DNA of 64,000 nt, taken from positions 2,240,001 through 2,304,000 of the forward strand of contig OZ245777.1 in NCBI GenBank assembly GCA_965227775.1. Reading direction: 5' to 3'. The notes beneath the pieces were generated by a model. It had not been told where the DNA came from and made no database searches. It saw only the letters and a program-made list of their open reading frames with translations. Made by a program: the position numbers and the translations under genes. Of this stretch, positions 19,207 through 28,248 are shown piece after piece (within the stretch, counting starts at the first letter, position 1; each line of letters starts with the position of its first letter). The DNA is from Phycisphaerales bacterium (lineage in GTDB: Bacteria > Planctomycetota > Phycisphaerae > Phycisphaerales > UBA1924).

Positions 19207-20709
19207 TTAGCACCCGGCGTCGAACTCATTCTGGAACGCCAGGAAGTCGAACAGCGTCAGCTCGCCATCGCCATCGAAGTCTGCAGCGAGGTCCCCTGCG
19301 TCGAACAGGTTCTGGAAGGCCAGGAAGTCGAAGATCGTGAGCTCGCCATCACCATCCATGTCTGCACGGCACGGCGAAGCGCCGCCTGCGGCAAGGACAG
19401 CCTCGAACGCATCGATACGGCCGTAGCCAAAGGTTGGATCGAATCCGGGCGCGCCGAGGTCGACCGAGGTCGCTTCGAAGATTGCTCGGACTTGATCGGA
19501 CGAGATCGAGCGGTTGACGCTGCGCATGAGCCCGACCGTGCCTGCGACATGCGGTGTCGCCATCGACGTGCCACTCTGGAACGCGTAGCCGTCCGTCGGC
19601 CCAAACAGCGCCAGCGTGTCCCACGCGCTCCATACATCGACGCCCGGAGCCGTGACGGTCATCTCGGGGCCGGTCGTTGTGAAGCTGGCGATCTGGTCGC
19701 GGTTGTCGGTAGCGCCAACGGCGATGGTCGAGTCGAACCGGGCGGGCGCGAAGATCGGCACGCCTGGCGTGTTGCCCGTCGCCGCCACGATGATGACGCC
19801 CTGATCGAGGGCGTAGTTGCAGGCGTTCTCGAGGACACTGCCGAAGTCGGGCGAACCCAGGCTCATCGAGATCACGTCTGCACCGTTGTCGGCGGCCCAC
19901 ACGACGCCGGCCGCGATGTCGGGCTCGGTGCCCGTTCCCAAGAAGCCCAGCACCTTGACGGGCAGGATGGAGCAGTCCCAGCCCACGCCGGCGACTCCCA
20001 GCGCGTTGTCCGTATCACCGCTCGCGATACCAGCGCAGTGCGTGCCATGGCTGATGAAGATGTCGTCGTCCCAGCTCCCGCCCAGGGAGCTGTAGCCGGG
20101 GAGCACGTTGTCCTGCAGGTCGGGGTGGCTCTGGCTTACGCCCGTGTCGACGATCGCGATCACCACGTCCGGATCACCAGTTGTGACGACCCACGCTTCG
20201 GTGGCGTTGATGTCGGCGCCGGGCGTGCCCACGACGCCGTTGATCGTTTGCCCGGTGTTGAGCAGACCGTACTGGATGCCGAAGTCCGGGTCGTTGGGCG
20301 TCGTCGCAAGGACGCCGCCGATGCCGATGAGTTCGGCGCGTTCGACGCCCTGGGTAGCACCCAGATCGATGATGGCCTGCCGGGCGTCGACTCCCGCGGC
20401 GAGTGTCGCGACGTAGAGCCGCGTCAGGCCGTGTTGCTCGGCGAGTGCCGGGTTTGCCGGAGCCTGATCGAACGCCGCTGAGAGTGCCACGACGCCGGGG
20501 AGGCCGGCAGCGTCACCCGCGCTACCCGCTGCCAACCGCAGCAGGACGGCATCGCTCTTGTACCCGCCCATGACGTCGGTCTGGTCCACCCGGCCGGTGA
20601 ACGGCGCGAAGCCTTCGGGCCACGCCAACGCATCTTCCGCGAAAGTGGGGGTGGCTGCAAGCACACCAAGGGCGATCAGGGCCGATCCGCGCACCATTGG
20701 GTTAAGCAT
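19207..20709 (-). CDS. S8 subtilisin-like serine protease with C-terminal GC-type dockerin-like module
   Basis: Triad IVDTGV, HGTHCAG, GTSMATPHVAG; signal peptide and propeptide; GGAGA SD. Confidence 0.95.
   Translation of the reverse strand: MLNPMVRGSALIALGVLAATPTFAEDALAWPEGFAPFTGRVDQTDVMGGYKSDAVLLRLAAGSAGDAAGLPGVVALSAAFDQAPANPALAEQHGLTRLYVATLAAGVDARQAIIDLGATQGVERAELIGIGGVLATTPNDPDFGIQYGLLNTGQTINGVVGTPGADINATEAWVVTTGDPDVVIAIVDTGVSQSHPDLQDNVLPGYSSLGGSWDDDIFISHGTHCAGIASGDTDNALGVAGVGWDCSILPVKVLGFLGTGTEPDIAAGVVWAADNGADVISMSLGSPDFGSVLENACNYALDQGVIIVAATGNTPGVPIFAPARFDSTIAVGATDNRDQIASFTTTGPEMTVTAPGVDVWSAWDTLALFGPTDGYAFQSGTSMATPHVAGTVGLMRSVNRSISSDQVRAIFEATSVDLGAPGFDPTFGYGRIDAFEAVLAAGGASPCRADMDGDGELTIFDFLAFQNLFDAGDLAADFDGDGELTLFDFLAFQNEFDAGC
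19210..19371 (-). repeat. 54-aa dockerin-like module, copy 2
   Basis: CRADMDGDGELTIFDFLAFQNLFDAGDLAADFDGDGELTLFDFLAFQNEFDAGC. Confidence 0.95.
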
Positions 20710-20938
20710 CGTCGAGTCTCCTGTTCCAGCGAGCGGGACAAGCGAGGGGCCAAGAAAGACGCCGCGAGCGAGCCCACCTCCCCGCGGGCCCGCCTCGCGG
20801 CATCCAATTACGAGTACGCTCGCCCCTTGTGGGGGCGTTACAGTCGCCGGTTCGGGCGTATCGCGGTCGGCGATGCACTCGTTTCCGGACCAGCCACAAT
20901 CCAACCTCTAAAGACGCCTCCAGGAGGATGCCTGCCTC

Positions 20939-21940
20939 ATGCCCAACGCCACGCCCCTCCGGGAATTCATGGAACGCCACTACCGCCACTACAACGCCGG
21001 TGTGGTTGTCAAGGCAGCACAGGCATACGAGCAGACGTTGGCCGCGGGCTCGCCCATGTTCATGACGTTGGCGGGTGCCATGAGCACAGCCCAACTCGGC
21101 CGCTCGCTGGCCGAGATGATCCGCCAGGACAAGGTGCATGCCATTAGCTGCACGGGCGCGAACCTCGAGGAAGACGTCTTCAACCTCGTCGCCCATGATC
21201 ACTACAAGCCCATTCACGATTGGCGGGCGCTGTCCGAGGCCGATGAGGTCGCACTCGACGAGGGCGGCTTCCCGCGAGTCACCGACATCTGTATTCCCGA
21301 AGAGGAGGCGATGCAGAAGATCGAGGGGCACATGCTGAAGCGATGGAAGGCCGCGAGCGACAATGGCGATCGCGCACTGCCCCATGTCTACCTGTACGAC
21401 CTGCTGCGAAGCGGGGATCTGCAGCACGAGTACCAGATCGATCCGAAGGACAGCTGGATGCTTGCGGCGGCCGAGAAGGACCTGCCGCTGTTCGTGCCGG
21501 GCTGGGAGGACAGTACCCTGGGCAACATGTTCGTTGCGAACGCTGCACGAGGGGGGTATTCGCTTGATGCGGTGCTCGGTGGCACGAGCTACATGGCATC
21601 GCTCATCGAGTGGTATGAGAAGACGGTAATCGGCCAGCAGCGAGGCCCGGGCTTCTTCCAGATTGGCGGTGGCATCGCGGGCGACTTCCCGATCTGCGTC
21701 GTCCCGACGATCAACCACGACCTGTATCGCGCCGACGCCGACGCCGGCAAGCGTGTGCCGAGGTGGAGCTACTTCTGCCAGGTGTCCGACGCAACGACGA
21801 GTTACGGCGGATATAGCGGGGCCGTGCCAAACGAAAAGATCACATGGGGCAAGCTCGGCGCAGGTGAACCGAAATTCATGATCGAGAGCGATGCGACGAT
21901 CGTTGCGCCGCTGATCTTCGGCTGGGTGCTGGGCTGGTAG
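20939..21940 (+). CDS. Deoxyhypusine synthase-like protein (probable homospermidine synthesis)
   Basis: TLAGAM, CTGANLEED, IGGGIAGDF, GGYSGA.PNEKITWGK, ESDATIVAP; AGGAGG SD. Confidence 0.92.
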   Translation: MPNATPLREFMERHYRHYNAGVVVKAAQAYEQTLAAGSPMFMTLAGAMSTAQLGRSLAEMIRQDKVHAISCTGANLEEDVFNLVAHDHYKPIHDWRALSEADEVALDEGGFPRVTDICIPEEEAMQKIEGHMLKRWKAASDNGDRALPHVYLYDLLRSGDLQHEYQIDPKDSWMLAAAEKDLPLFVPGWEDSTLGNMFVANAARGGYSLDAVLGGTSYMASLIEWYEKTVIGQQRGPGFFQIGGGIAGDFPICVVPTINHDLYRADADAGKRVPRWSYFCQVSDATTSYGGYSGAVPNEKITWGKLGAGEPKFMIESDATIVAPLIFGWVLGW

Positions 21941-21993
21941 CGACGATTGGGAGACGTTGGGAATACAGTTCGGCCTACGCACGGAGAGCTTGC

Positions 21994-22683
21994 ATGCGGA
22001 TCCTCGTCGTCGAAGACAACCCCAAGATGGCGCTGGCCGTCCAGAAGGGCCTCACCGAGCACGGGTTCGCCGCCGACGTATCCAACACGGGCTACGAAGG
22101 CGAAGAAATGGCAAGCGGGGGGAATTATGACCTCGTCTTGCTCGACCTGATGCTGCCCGATCGCGATGGTATCGAAGTGTGTCGCAACCTTCGACGCCGG
22201 AAGATCGCGACGCCCATCATCATGCTCACTGCGCTCTCGGCGATCGAAGAGAAGATCGACGGGCTCGACGCGGGCGCCGACGACTACATCACCAAGCCCT
22301 TCCAGTTCGAGGAGTTGCTCGCCCGCATCCGGGCGATCCTGCGTCGCGGCGAAGCCAGCGAGAGCCGCGTGCTGCGTTGCGAAGACCTCGAGCTCGACCT
22401 CTACACCCGCCACGCGACTCGGGGCGACACGAAGGTCGAGCTTTCCAACAAGGAATTCGCCCTGCTCGAGTTCCTGATGCGCAACCAGAACCGTGTGCTT
22501 AGTCGCATCCAGATCGGCGAAAAGGTCTGGGACATGAACTTCGAACCGACGAGCAACGTCATCGACGTGTATGTCTCGGCACTCCGGCGAAAGCTCGACC
22601 GCGGCTATGAGGTTCAGCTCATCCACACGATCAAGGGCGCCGGCTACCGCTTCGGCGTCATCGATGCCCGCACGGGCGTCTGA
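21994..22683 (+). CDS. OmpR/CusR family response regulator
   Basis: LVVEDN, LLDLMLPD, GADDYITKPF, wHTH NVIDVYVSALRRK..TIKGAGY. Confidence 0.96.
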   Translation: MRILVVEDNPKMALAVQKGLTEHGFAADVSNTGYEGEEMASGGNYDLVLLDLMLPDRDGIEVCRNLRRRKIATPIIMLTALSAIEEKIDGLDAGADDYITKPFQFEELLARIRAILRRGEASESRVLRCEDLELDLYTRHATRGDTKVELSNKEFALLEFLMRNQNRVLSRIQIGEKVWDMNFEPTSNVIDVYVSALRRKLDRGYEVQLIHTIKGAGYRFGVIDARTGV

Positions 22684-24142
22684 GCACGAGGTTTCCGACG
22701 GACCCGTCCAGCGGGGATGGCGGGCCCGCGCTCCCCTGCGCCTTCGCATCACGCTCTGGGTGGTTGCAATCTCGGCTGCCGTGCAGCTTGTCCTCTCGCT
22801 GCTCATTGTTCTGTACCACAGGGAAAACATGCGGGCCACCAATCAGGCTGGCTTGGTTGAGGCTGCGAGAAGCCTGGTTGCGCAATCCCCGGCCGATGAA
22901 GAGGGTGGCCTCGGCGACTTGGCCGCGGATCAGATCCAGCTTCGCAGGTTCGGCCGGGTTGCGGCAATTGACAGCAGTGGTACGAACAACGCCCGCATCA
23001 TCGGTCCGTTCGACTCGGAAGCGTTCGACGAGCTCCGCGAAGCGACGTATGGCGGAGAGTTCGGCGTTCCGGGGCGGCGTAGCGCCGGCCAGGCCAGGGG
23101 CTTCTACTACGCCGCCGAGCCGTACGGAGAGACCGAACGACTGATCCTGGCAACGCCGACGGACGAAGCAAACTTGCCGTTGCGCACGATCACGAGCGCG
23201 ATTCTGTTGCTGCTGCCCGCGGGCCTGGCGGCGTCGGGCGTTTCCGCATGGTATATCTCGGGTCTTGCCGTTCGACCCATCCGGCGGATGCAGCACTTCG
23301 CCGAAGAACTGTCCGCAGAAAACGTGCAGCACTCCATCGAACTCGAGGACAGCACGCCCGAACTCGATGCCCTGCGCGACGAGCTTGCGTTGGCCATGCG
23401 ACGGATCTCGGATGGTTACGACGCCCAGGCGAGGTTCCTTGCCAACGTCTCGCATGAGATCAAGACGCCCATCAGCGTGGTTCGCACCGAGGGCGAGGTG
23501 CTGATGGCCGGTCGCCCTTCGCGCGACGAACTTGCCGACTTTGCCCGCACGACCGTCGAAGAGATGGAGCGGCTGGGCCGGATGGTTGAGAGCTTCCTAT
23601 TACTCACACGCGTTCGCCAGGGTAAGGGCACCGTGCAGGCAAAGGGGTACGACGCCAACGACGTCCTGATGGACACCGTCTCGGGATGCATTGGCATGGC
23701 GAGGCAGTATGGAGTGCGGCTCGATCCGGTGCTCTACGACGGAGAAGACTCTCCGCAGATCGAGGGCAACGCCGATTTGCTGAACACCGCGCTGGGCAAC
23801 CTGATCCGCAACGCCATCCGCTTCTCGCCGCGCGACTCTGTGGTGCGTATCACCTGCGCGGTGAGAAACCGCCGCGTTGTCTTCCGCGTGCGAGACTACG
23901 GTCCCGGCGTGCCCGAAGAGGTCATGGAGCACCTCTTCGAGCCATTCACGCAGAGCGCCGACGAACGCCGGCGTGGTCGGGGCACTGGGCTCGGCCTGCA
24001 GATCTCGCACGGTATCGCCGAGTTACACAACGGCGAGGTCCGTGTGCGCAACCTCAGCCAGGGCTGTGAGTTCTCGATCCATCTCCAACGGAAGCGTGAC
24101 GCCGCGGCTCCCGTCGTGCAACATGAAGGCACGTTCACCTGA
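22664..24142 (+). CDS. HAMP-domain sensor histidine kinase
   Basis: Two TMs, H-box SHEIKTP, N-box NLIRNAIRF, DYGPGV, GTGLGL; start uncertain. Confidence 0.92.
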   Translation: MPARASEHEVSDGPVQRGWRARAPLRLRITLWVVAISAAVQLVLSLLIVLYHRENMRATNQAGLVEAARSLVAQSPADEEGGLGDLAADQIQLRRFGRVAAIDSSGTNNARIIGPFDSEAFDELREATYGGEFGVPGRRSAGQARGFYYAAEPYGETERLILATPTDEANLPLRTITSAILLLLPAGLAASGVSAWYISGLAVRPIRRMQHFAEELSAENVQHSIELEDSTPELDALRDELALAMRRISDGYDAQARFLANVSHEIKTPISVVRTEGEVLMAGRPSRDELADFARTTVEEMERLGRMVESFLLLTRVRQGKGTVQAKGYDANDVLMDTVSGCIGMARQYGVRLDPVLYDGEDSPQIEGNADLLNTALGNLIRNAIRFSPRDSVVRITCAVRNRRVVFRVRDYGPGVPEEVMEHLFEPFTQSADERRRGRGTGLGLQISHGIAELHNGEVRVRNLSQGCEFSIHLQRKRDAAAPVVQHEGTFT

Positions 24143-24519
24143 TGTTCAGCGGGCAAGTATCTGGCGCGCCGAACATCGAAGTGCGTTCCGCAGACGCTGC
24201 ATTCTGGAATTTGCACCCGTGTGCCTCTGGCTTGGCCGCCGGACGCTCTACGCCGATGCGAAGCCAGATCCCTTTGTCCTAACCACGCTCTTCTCCACAC
24301 TCCCGTTGCTGCTACTGGTTCTGTTGGTCTTTGAGTTTGGTAAGCGATCGAAGGCAGCACTGTATCAAGATGTTCAGAGGTTGAACAAGGCTGTAGATCG
24401 GTGCCCTTAAGACAGTGGTAAGAGATCAGCTGTGGCTCCCAGTGGTGCGTCGCGGGAGGCATAGAGTTTGGTTCCAGGCCAGCTACCAACGTTACTCAAC
24501 GAAAGAACAGGAGACACTC

Positions 24520-24693
24520 GTGATCATCATCAAGATCGTTCTGGCAATTCTCTTACCTCCTGTGGCGGCATTGCTGCAAGTTGGCCTTGGCCTGCACTTC
24601 TGGCTCAACATCTTGCTGACCATCCTGGGTTGGCTTCCAGGCCAGATCCACGCGATCTGGCTCATCGTTTCGAAGCATCAGCCGAGCGCATGA
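24520..24693 (+). CDS. YqaE/Pmp3 family small membrane protein
   Basis: ILLPPVA..FWLNILLTILGWLPGQIHAIW; GTG start with AGGAGA SD. Confidence 0.9.
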   Translation: MIIIKIVLAILLPPVAALLQVGLGLHFWLNILLTILGWLPGQIHAIWLIVSKHQPSA

Positions 24694-24933
24694 TGTTCCG
24701 CTTGGCTTGAAAGGACGTGTTCCGCGAGTGCGCTACGTGGTACGGGTGAGTCTACCCCGCCAGCGACTAGCAGTACTGAAGATCAGGGACGAGGCGAACG
24801 TGCGTTCGCATCTCAGTCCGAGCCGGACCAGCCGCCGCTGGTTGCCGATGAGCGTGCAAGGCGGATCTCCGAGATCTCGCCGGACGGAATCCCGGCGGAT
24901 CCCGATACAGACCATTGGACGTTGAGCAGATTG

Positions 24934-25098
24934 ATGGTCGGAGCGGTCGTACTGCTGTTGACGGTCGCGCTCGGGCTGGCGGTGTTTGCCGACCGATGGA
25001 TCGGGCTGAGTGTGGGTGTCCTGGGCCTGTTCCTGCTGGTTGTGAATCCCACCCTGTGGGCGGCGATCCTGCGCGTCAAGGAACGGCAACAAGTCTGA
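24934..25098 (+). CDS. Small 2-TM membrane protein (54 aa)
   Basis: Below ORF-track cutoff: MVGAVVLLLTVALGLAVFADRWIGLSVGVLGLFLLVVNPTLWAAILRVKERQQV; start uncertain. Confidence 0.5.
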   Translation: MVGAVVLLLTVALGLAVFADRWIGLSVGVLGLFLLVVNPTLWAAILRVKERQQV

Positions 25099-25104
25099 GC
25101 CGGC

Positions 25105-25479
25105 TTAACCTGCGGTGCTTCCGTCGAGTGTTGGCTTTGTCCAATCCCAGTCCGGGTCCTTCTCGAGGCGGGTCGAGCTCTGGCGGATGCACCGGCGACA
25201 GATCACAGCGGCATCTCCACTTTCGCGAACCGCGATTGGGCTCTGCCAGCCCGGGTCTTGGCGTTCCTCGAGGCACATCGTGCAGGTCGCGCCTTCGGGT
25301 TTTGTGTCGTTTCCGAGCAAGACGACCTCGGTGAACGCAATCCGAAGCGCATCGCCGCAAATCAGGCTGCCCTGATGTCCTTCGACCATGGGGAACTTGC
25401 CGTCCCATGTGCGGCCCGTGAAGTCGCAGACGAAGTCGGTGGGCTGCATGTCCATCGGATTGGCGCCGGGGCGGTGCAT
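25105..25479 (-). CDS. Small protein with tandem ClpX-like C4 zinc-ribbon motifs
   Basis: CDFT..LICGDA and CTMC..ICRRCI; TATGAT 5 nt upstream of ATG. Confidence 0.7.
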   Translation of the reverse strand: MHRPGANPMDMQPTDFVCDFTGRTWDGKFPMVEGHQGSLICGDALRIAFTEVVLLGNDTKPEGATCTMCLEERQDPGWQSPIAVRESGDAAVICRRCIRQSSTRLEKDPDWDWTKPTLDGSTAG

Positions 25480-25513
25480 CGGACATCATACGAACGCGGA
25501 CATACCATCCGCC

Positions 25514-26410
25514 ATGCCCGACCCCGCGGCCCCGCCGACTGTCACCCGAGTCTCGCTCGTCGTCAACGCGGGTAAGCCCGAAGCTATCGATGCCGCAAAG
25601 TCCGTGCGGCGTGCGATCGAGTGGCACGCTCATCTCGTGGGCGAGTTCGACTCAACCGACGAACACGCAGCCCTGGGCGAAGGGGTCGACTTGGCCATCG
25701 TGCTGGGTGGCGACGGCACGATCTTGGGCCTTGCCCGCAGCGCGGTCGAGGCGGGCGTCGCCGTCCTTGGCATCAACTTCGGAAAACTCGGCTTCCTTGC
25801 CGAGTTCGATGCCGACGCCTTCGCCAAGCACGCCGCGGAGCTGTTGGCAGGCCGCGGACAGATCCGCAAGGTTGCGGCACTCGAAGCTCGCGTGCTCCGC
25901 AAGGGTAACGAGATCGCGCGTCAGGTGGCCATCAACGACGTCGCGATCTGCAACGGTGCGCCGTTCCGCATGATCGAACTGGGCTTGTGCATCGATGGTG
26001 CCCCGGCCGACAGCGCTCCGCGCGTCGCGGGCGATGGTCTGATCATCGCCACGCCTACCGGCAGCACCGCGTACAACGCCGCGGCGGGGGGCCCGATCCT
26101 TGAACCCACGCTGGAGGCCATGGTCGTCACGCCGATTGCTGCCCACTCGCTGAGTTTTCGGCCGATCGTGGTTCCCGGCAAAAGCAGCATCGAGGTGGTT
26201 GCCCATCGCGTGAACCCAGCGACGGGGCACGGCGCGTCGGCGGGCACGTGCGCCGTGATCGACGGACAGCTGTCGGTGCCGCTGGAGTCCGGAGATGTGG
26301 TTCGCGTGACAGTGAGCGAGCGGCCGCTGAGCTTGGTGGTCAATCCAGATCGCAGCTACTGGCAAACGCTCATCCACAAGCTGCGCTGGGCAAGCGCACC
26401 GGGCGGCTGA
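25514..26410 (+). CDS. nadK: NAD(+) kinase
   Basis: LGGDGT, GKLGFL, IND, GDGLIIATPTGSTAY. Confidence 0.95.
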   Translation: MPDPAAPPTVTRVSLVVNAGKPEAIDAAKSVRRAIEWHAHLVGEFDSTDEHAALGEGVDLAIVLGGDGTILGLARSAVEAGVAVLGINFGKLGFLAEFDADAFAKHAAELLAGRGQIRKVAALEARVLRKGNEIARQVAINDVAICNGAPFRMIELGLCIDGAPADSAPRVAGDGLIIATPTGSTAYNAAAGGPILEPTLEAMVVTPIAAHSLSFRPIVVPGKSSIEVVAHRVNPATGHGASAGTCAVIDGQLSVPLESGDVVRVTVSERPLSLVVNPDRSYWQTLIHKLRWASAPGG

Positions 26411-26419
26411 GTTTTCGCG

Positions 26420-26911
26420 TTAAGCCGAGACCGACTCGTTGTTGACGCTTGAGGGACTCTCACCACGCTCGATGGCGTGGATCTTCGCGACGCGACGGGC
26501 ATGGCGACCGCCCTCGAACTCGGCATTCATCCACGCCTCGACCATGCGCTCGATGAGCCGCTGGCCAAGCATGTCGGCGGACAGGCAGAGCACGTTGGCG
26601 TCGTTATGGCTCTTGGCCATGGTCGCGGTAAACTCGTCGTGCACGAGGGCCGCACGCACACCCGGAACCTTGTTGGCGGCGATGCACATGCCGATTCCCG
26701 AGCCGCAGAGCAGCACGCCCTTGTCCGCGTCGCCGCTGGCGACCAGTCCGCCCACCTGGTGGGCCCGATCTGGGTAATCGCACGATTGGGGGTTGTCCGC
26801 AGGGCCGCCGCCATTCTGCAACGCCACCTCGTGCCCCATGTTCTCCAGGGCTCGCGCCAGGCTGCGGGCGGCCTCATGGCCACGATGGTCGGCTCCGATG
26901 GCGATCTTCAT
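26420..26911 (-). CDS. rpiB: Ribose-5-phosphate isomerase B
   Basis: GADHRG, CGSGIG, HNDANVL, FEGGRHARRV. Confidence 0.96.
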   Translation of the reverse strand: MKIAIGADHRGHEAARSLARALENMGHEVALQNGGGPADNPQSCDYPDRAHQVGGLVASGDADKGVLLCGSGIGMCIAANKVPGVRAALVHDEFTATMAKSHNDANVLCLSADMLGQRLIERMVEAWMNAEFEGGRHARRVAKIHAIERGESPSSVNNESVSA

Positions 26912-28026
26912 AGTCCCAGTTCCTCTAGACGCCGCTCGATCGCTCCTACGAACGTGCGGGCCAACTCATCATAGAGCGTCTGGGGCCCGCCGATCGGATC
27001 GTCGACGTCCTCGCCGCTCAGCAGCGTGTGGACCTTGGACCTCTGCTCCTGGGGCAGAAAAGCACGAGCGGCATCGGCGTGGCCGCTGGTCATGGCGTAG
27101 ATGACGTCGGCCTTGTCCAGCAGCTCCGGGCTCGCCGGCTGGCTGCGGTGGCCCGTGAGCGAAGCACCGACCGCCTCGCTGGCCAGAATGGCCTCAGGCG
27201 TGGCCCGAGCGCCGTTCATGGCCGCGACTCCGGCGGAGACCGCGATCGCGCGGTGACCGTGCCCCCGGCGTTCCAGCAGGCTGGTCGCAATGGCTTGGGC
27301 CATCGGGCTGCGGCAGGTGTTGCCGGTGCACACGAACACAATGAGCGTGGCCAGCCGCTCCGTCACCTGCTGGCTCGTCAGGGCGCCCTCGGCCCGCATC
27401 GACCAATCGCCGTCGGGGTGCATGTCGAGCACGGTGCTGTGTCGCTCGTAGCGAGTCGGACCCTCGTCCTGCACGACCGCGATCCCCGCCTTCTCCAGTC
27501 CCTTGGGGCAGGTTCCTGGCGCGGTTGCCGACTCTCCGGTGTCGATGGGCTCGGCAGACGCACCGACGACGGGCCCGCCCGCCTCTTGCAGCGCCATCGC
27601 GGTCCAGGTGTCATCCGGAACGCGCACAAAGAACGCACGGCCTTCCTCACCCTCGGCATCGGCGACGCCCGGCTGCAGCCCAACCGCCGAGACTAACTCG
27701 TGCACGCCCTCGCCGTGCAAACGAAGCGTGATGGGCCCGGGCCACACACGCCGCATGGCGCGGCGCAGCGCGGGAGAGGCCTCGATCGACGCCCGCTCGT
27801 GTGCGGCGAGCACGGCATCGACGCTCGGTGCGTGCCACGTGAGCGTGCCCCAGGTTTCCGCGCGTCGGGGTAGGGCCCGCACGCGATCGACCGCAGCCTG
27901 CAGGTCGCCGCGCGCGAACACGCCATAGACCGTCTCGGTGCGCAAGACGGCCAGTTCGCCGCGATCGAGCGCGGCGGCGGCATCGCGGGCGGTGTCGATT
28001 CGTGTCGGAGACGTCTCTTGGGTCAC
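26908..28026 (-). CDS. YrdC/Sua5-like domain fused to low-molecular-weight protein phosphatase
   Basis: N-terminal TETVYGV, WPGPITL, VRVPD, STVLD; C-terminal CTGNTCRS and DPIG. Confidence 0.88.
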   Translation of the reverse strand: MTQETSPTRIDTARDAAAALDRGELAVLRTETVYGVFARGDLQAAVDRVRALPRRAETWGTLTWHAPSVDAVLAAHERASIEASPALRRAMRRVWPGPITLRLHGEGVHELVSAVGLQPGVADAEGEEGRAFFVRVPDDTWTAMALQEAGGPVVGASAEPIDTGESATAPGTCPKGLEKAGIAVVQDEGPTRYERHSTVLDMHPDGDWSMRAEGALTSQQVTERLATLIVFVCTGNTCRSPMAQAIATSLLERRGHGHRAIAVSAGVAAMNGARATPEAILASEAVGASLTGHRSQPASPELLDKADVIYAMTSGHADAARAFLPQEQRSKVHTLLSGEDVDDPIGGPQTLYDELARTFVGAIERRLEELGL

Positions 28027-28248
28027 GATGTGATCCTCGATGGGGGGCCACTCAGGGCTTGCGTGCGACTACGGCCCGGCTCTAGACACTATCGGCCGAA
28101 CGGTCGGTCGATCAATGCGGGCGACAGGGGTCGAACCTGCACGGCCTTCCGGCCACGGGAACCTAAATCCCGCGCGTCTGCCAATTCCGCCACGCCCGCG
28201 GCGATAGAGCTGGCCCGATGGTACGGGCCCGGGGCGTAGTGTTGTTCG

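Noticed and set aside
18432..19371. Repeated DNA units as a possible CRISPR array or DGR template/variable repeat
   Set aside because: They are in-frame coding repeats with mostly synonymous differences; no spacers, cas genes or reverse transcriptase.
24691..25098. Stop-codon readthrough joining yqaE to the downstream in-frame ORF
   Set aside because: YqaE is complete at normal length and there is no recoding signal; an open frame of this length is unremarkable at this GC.
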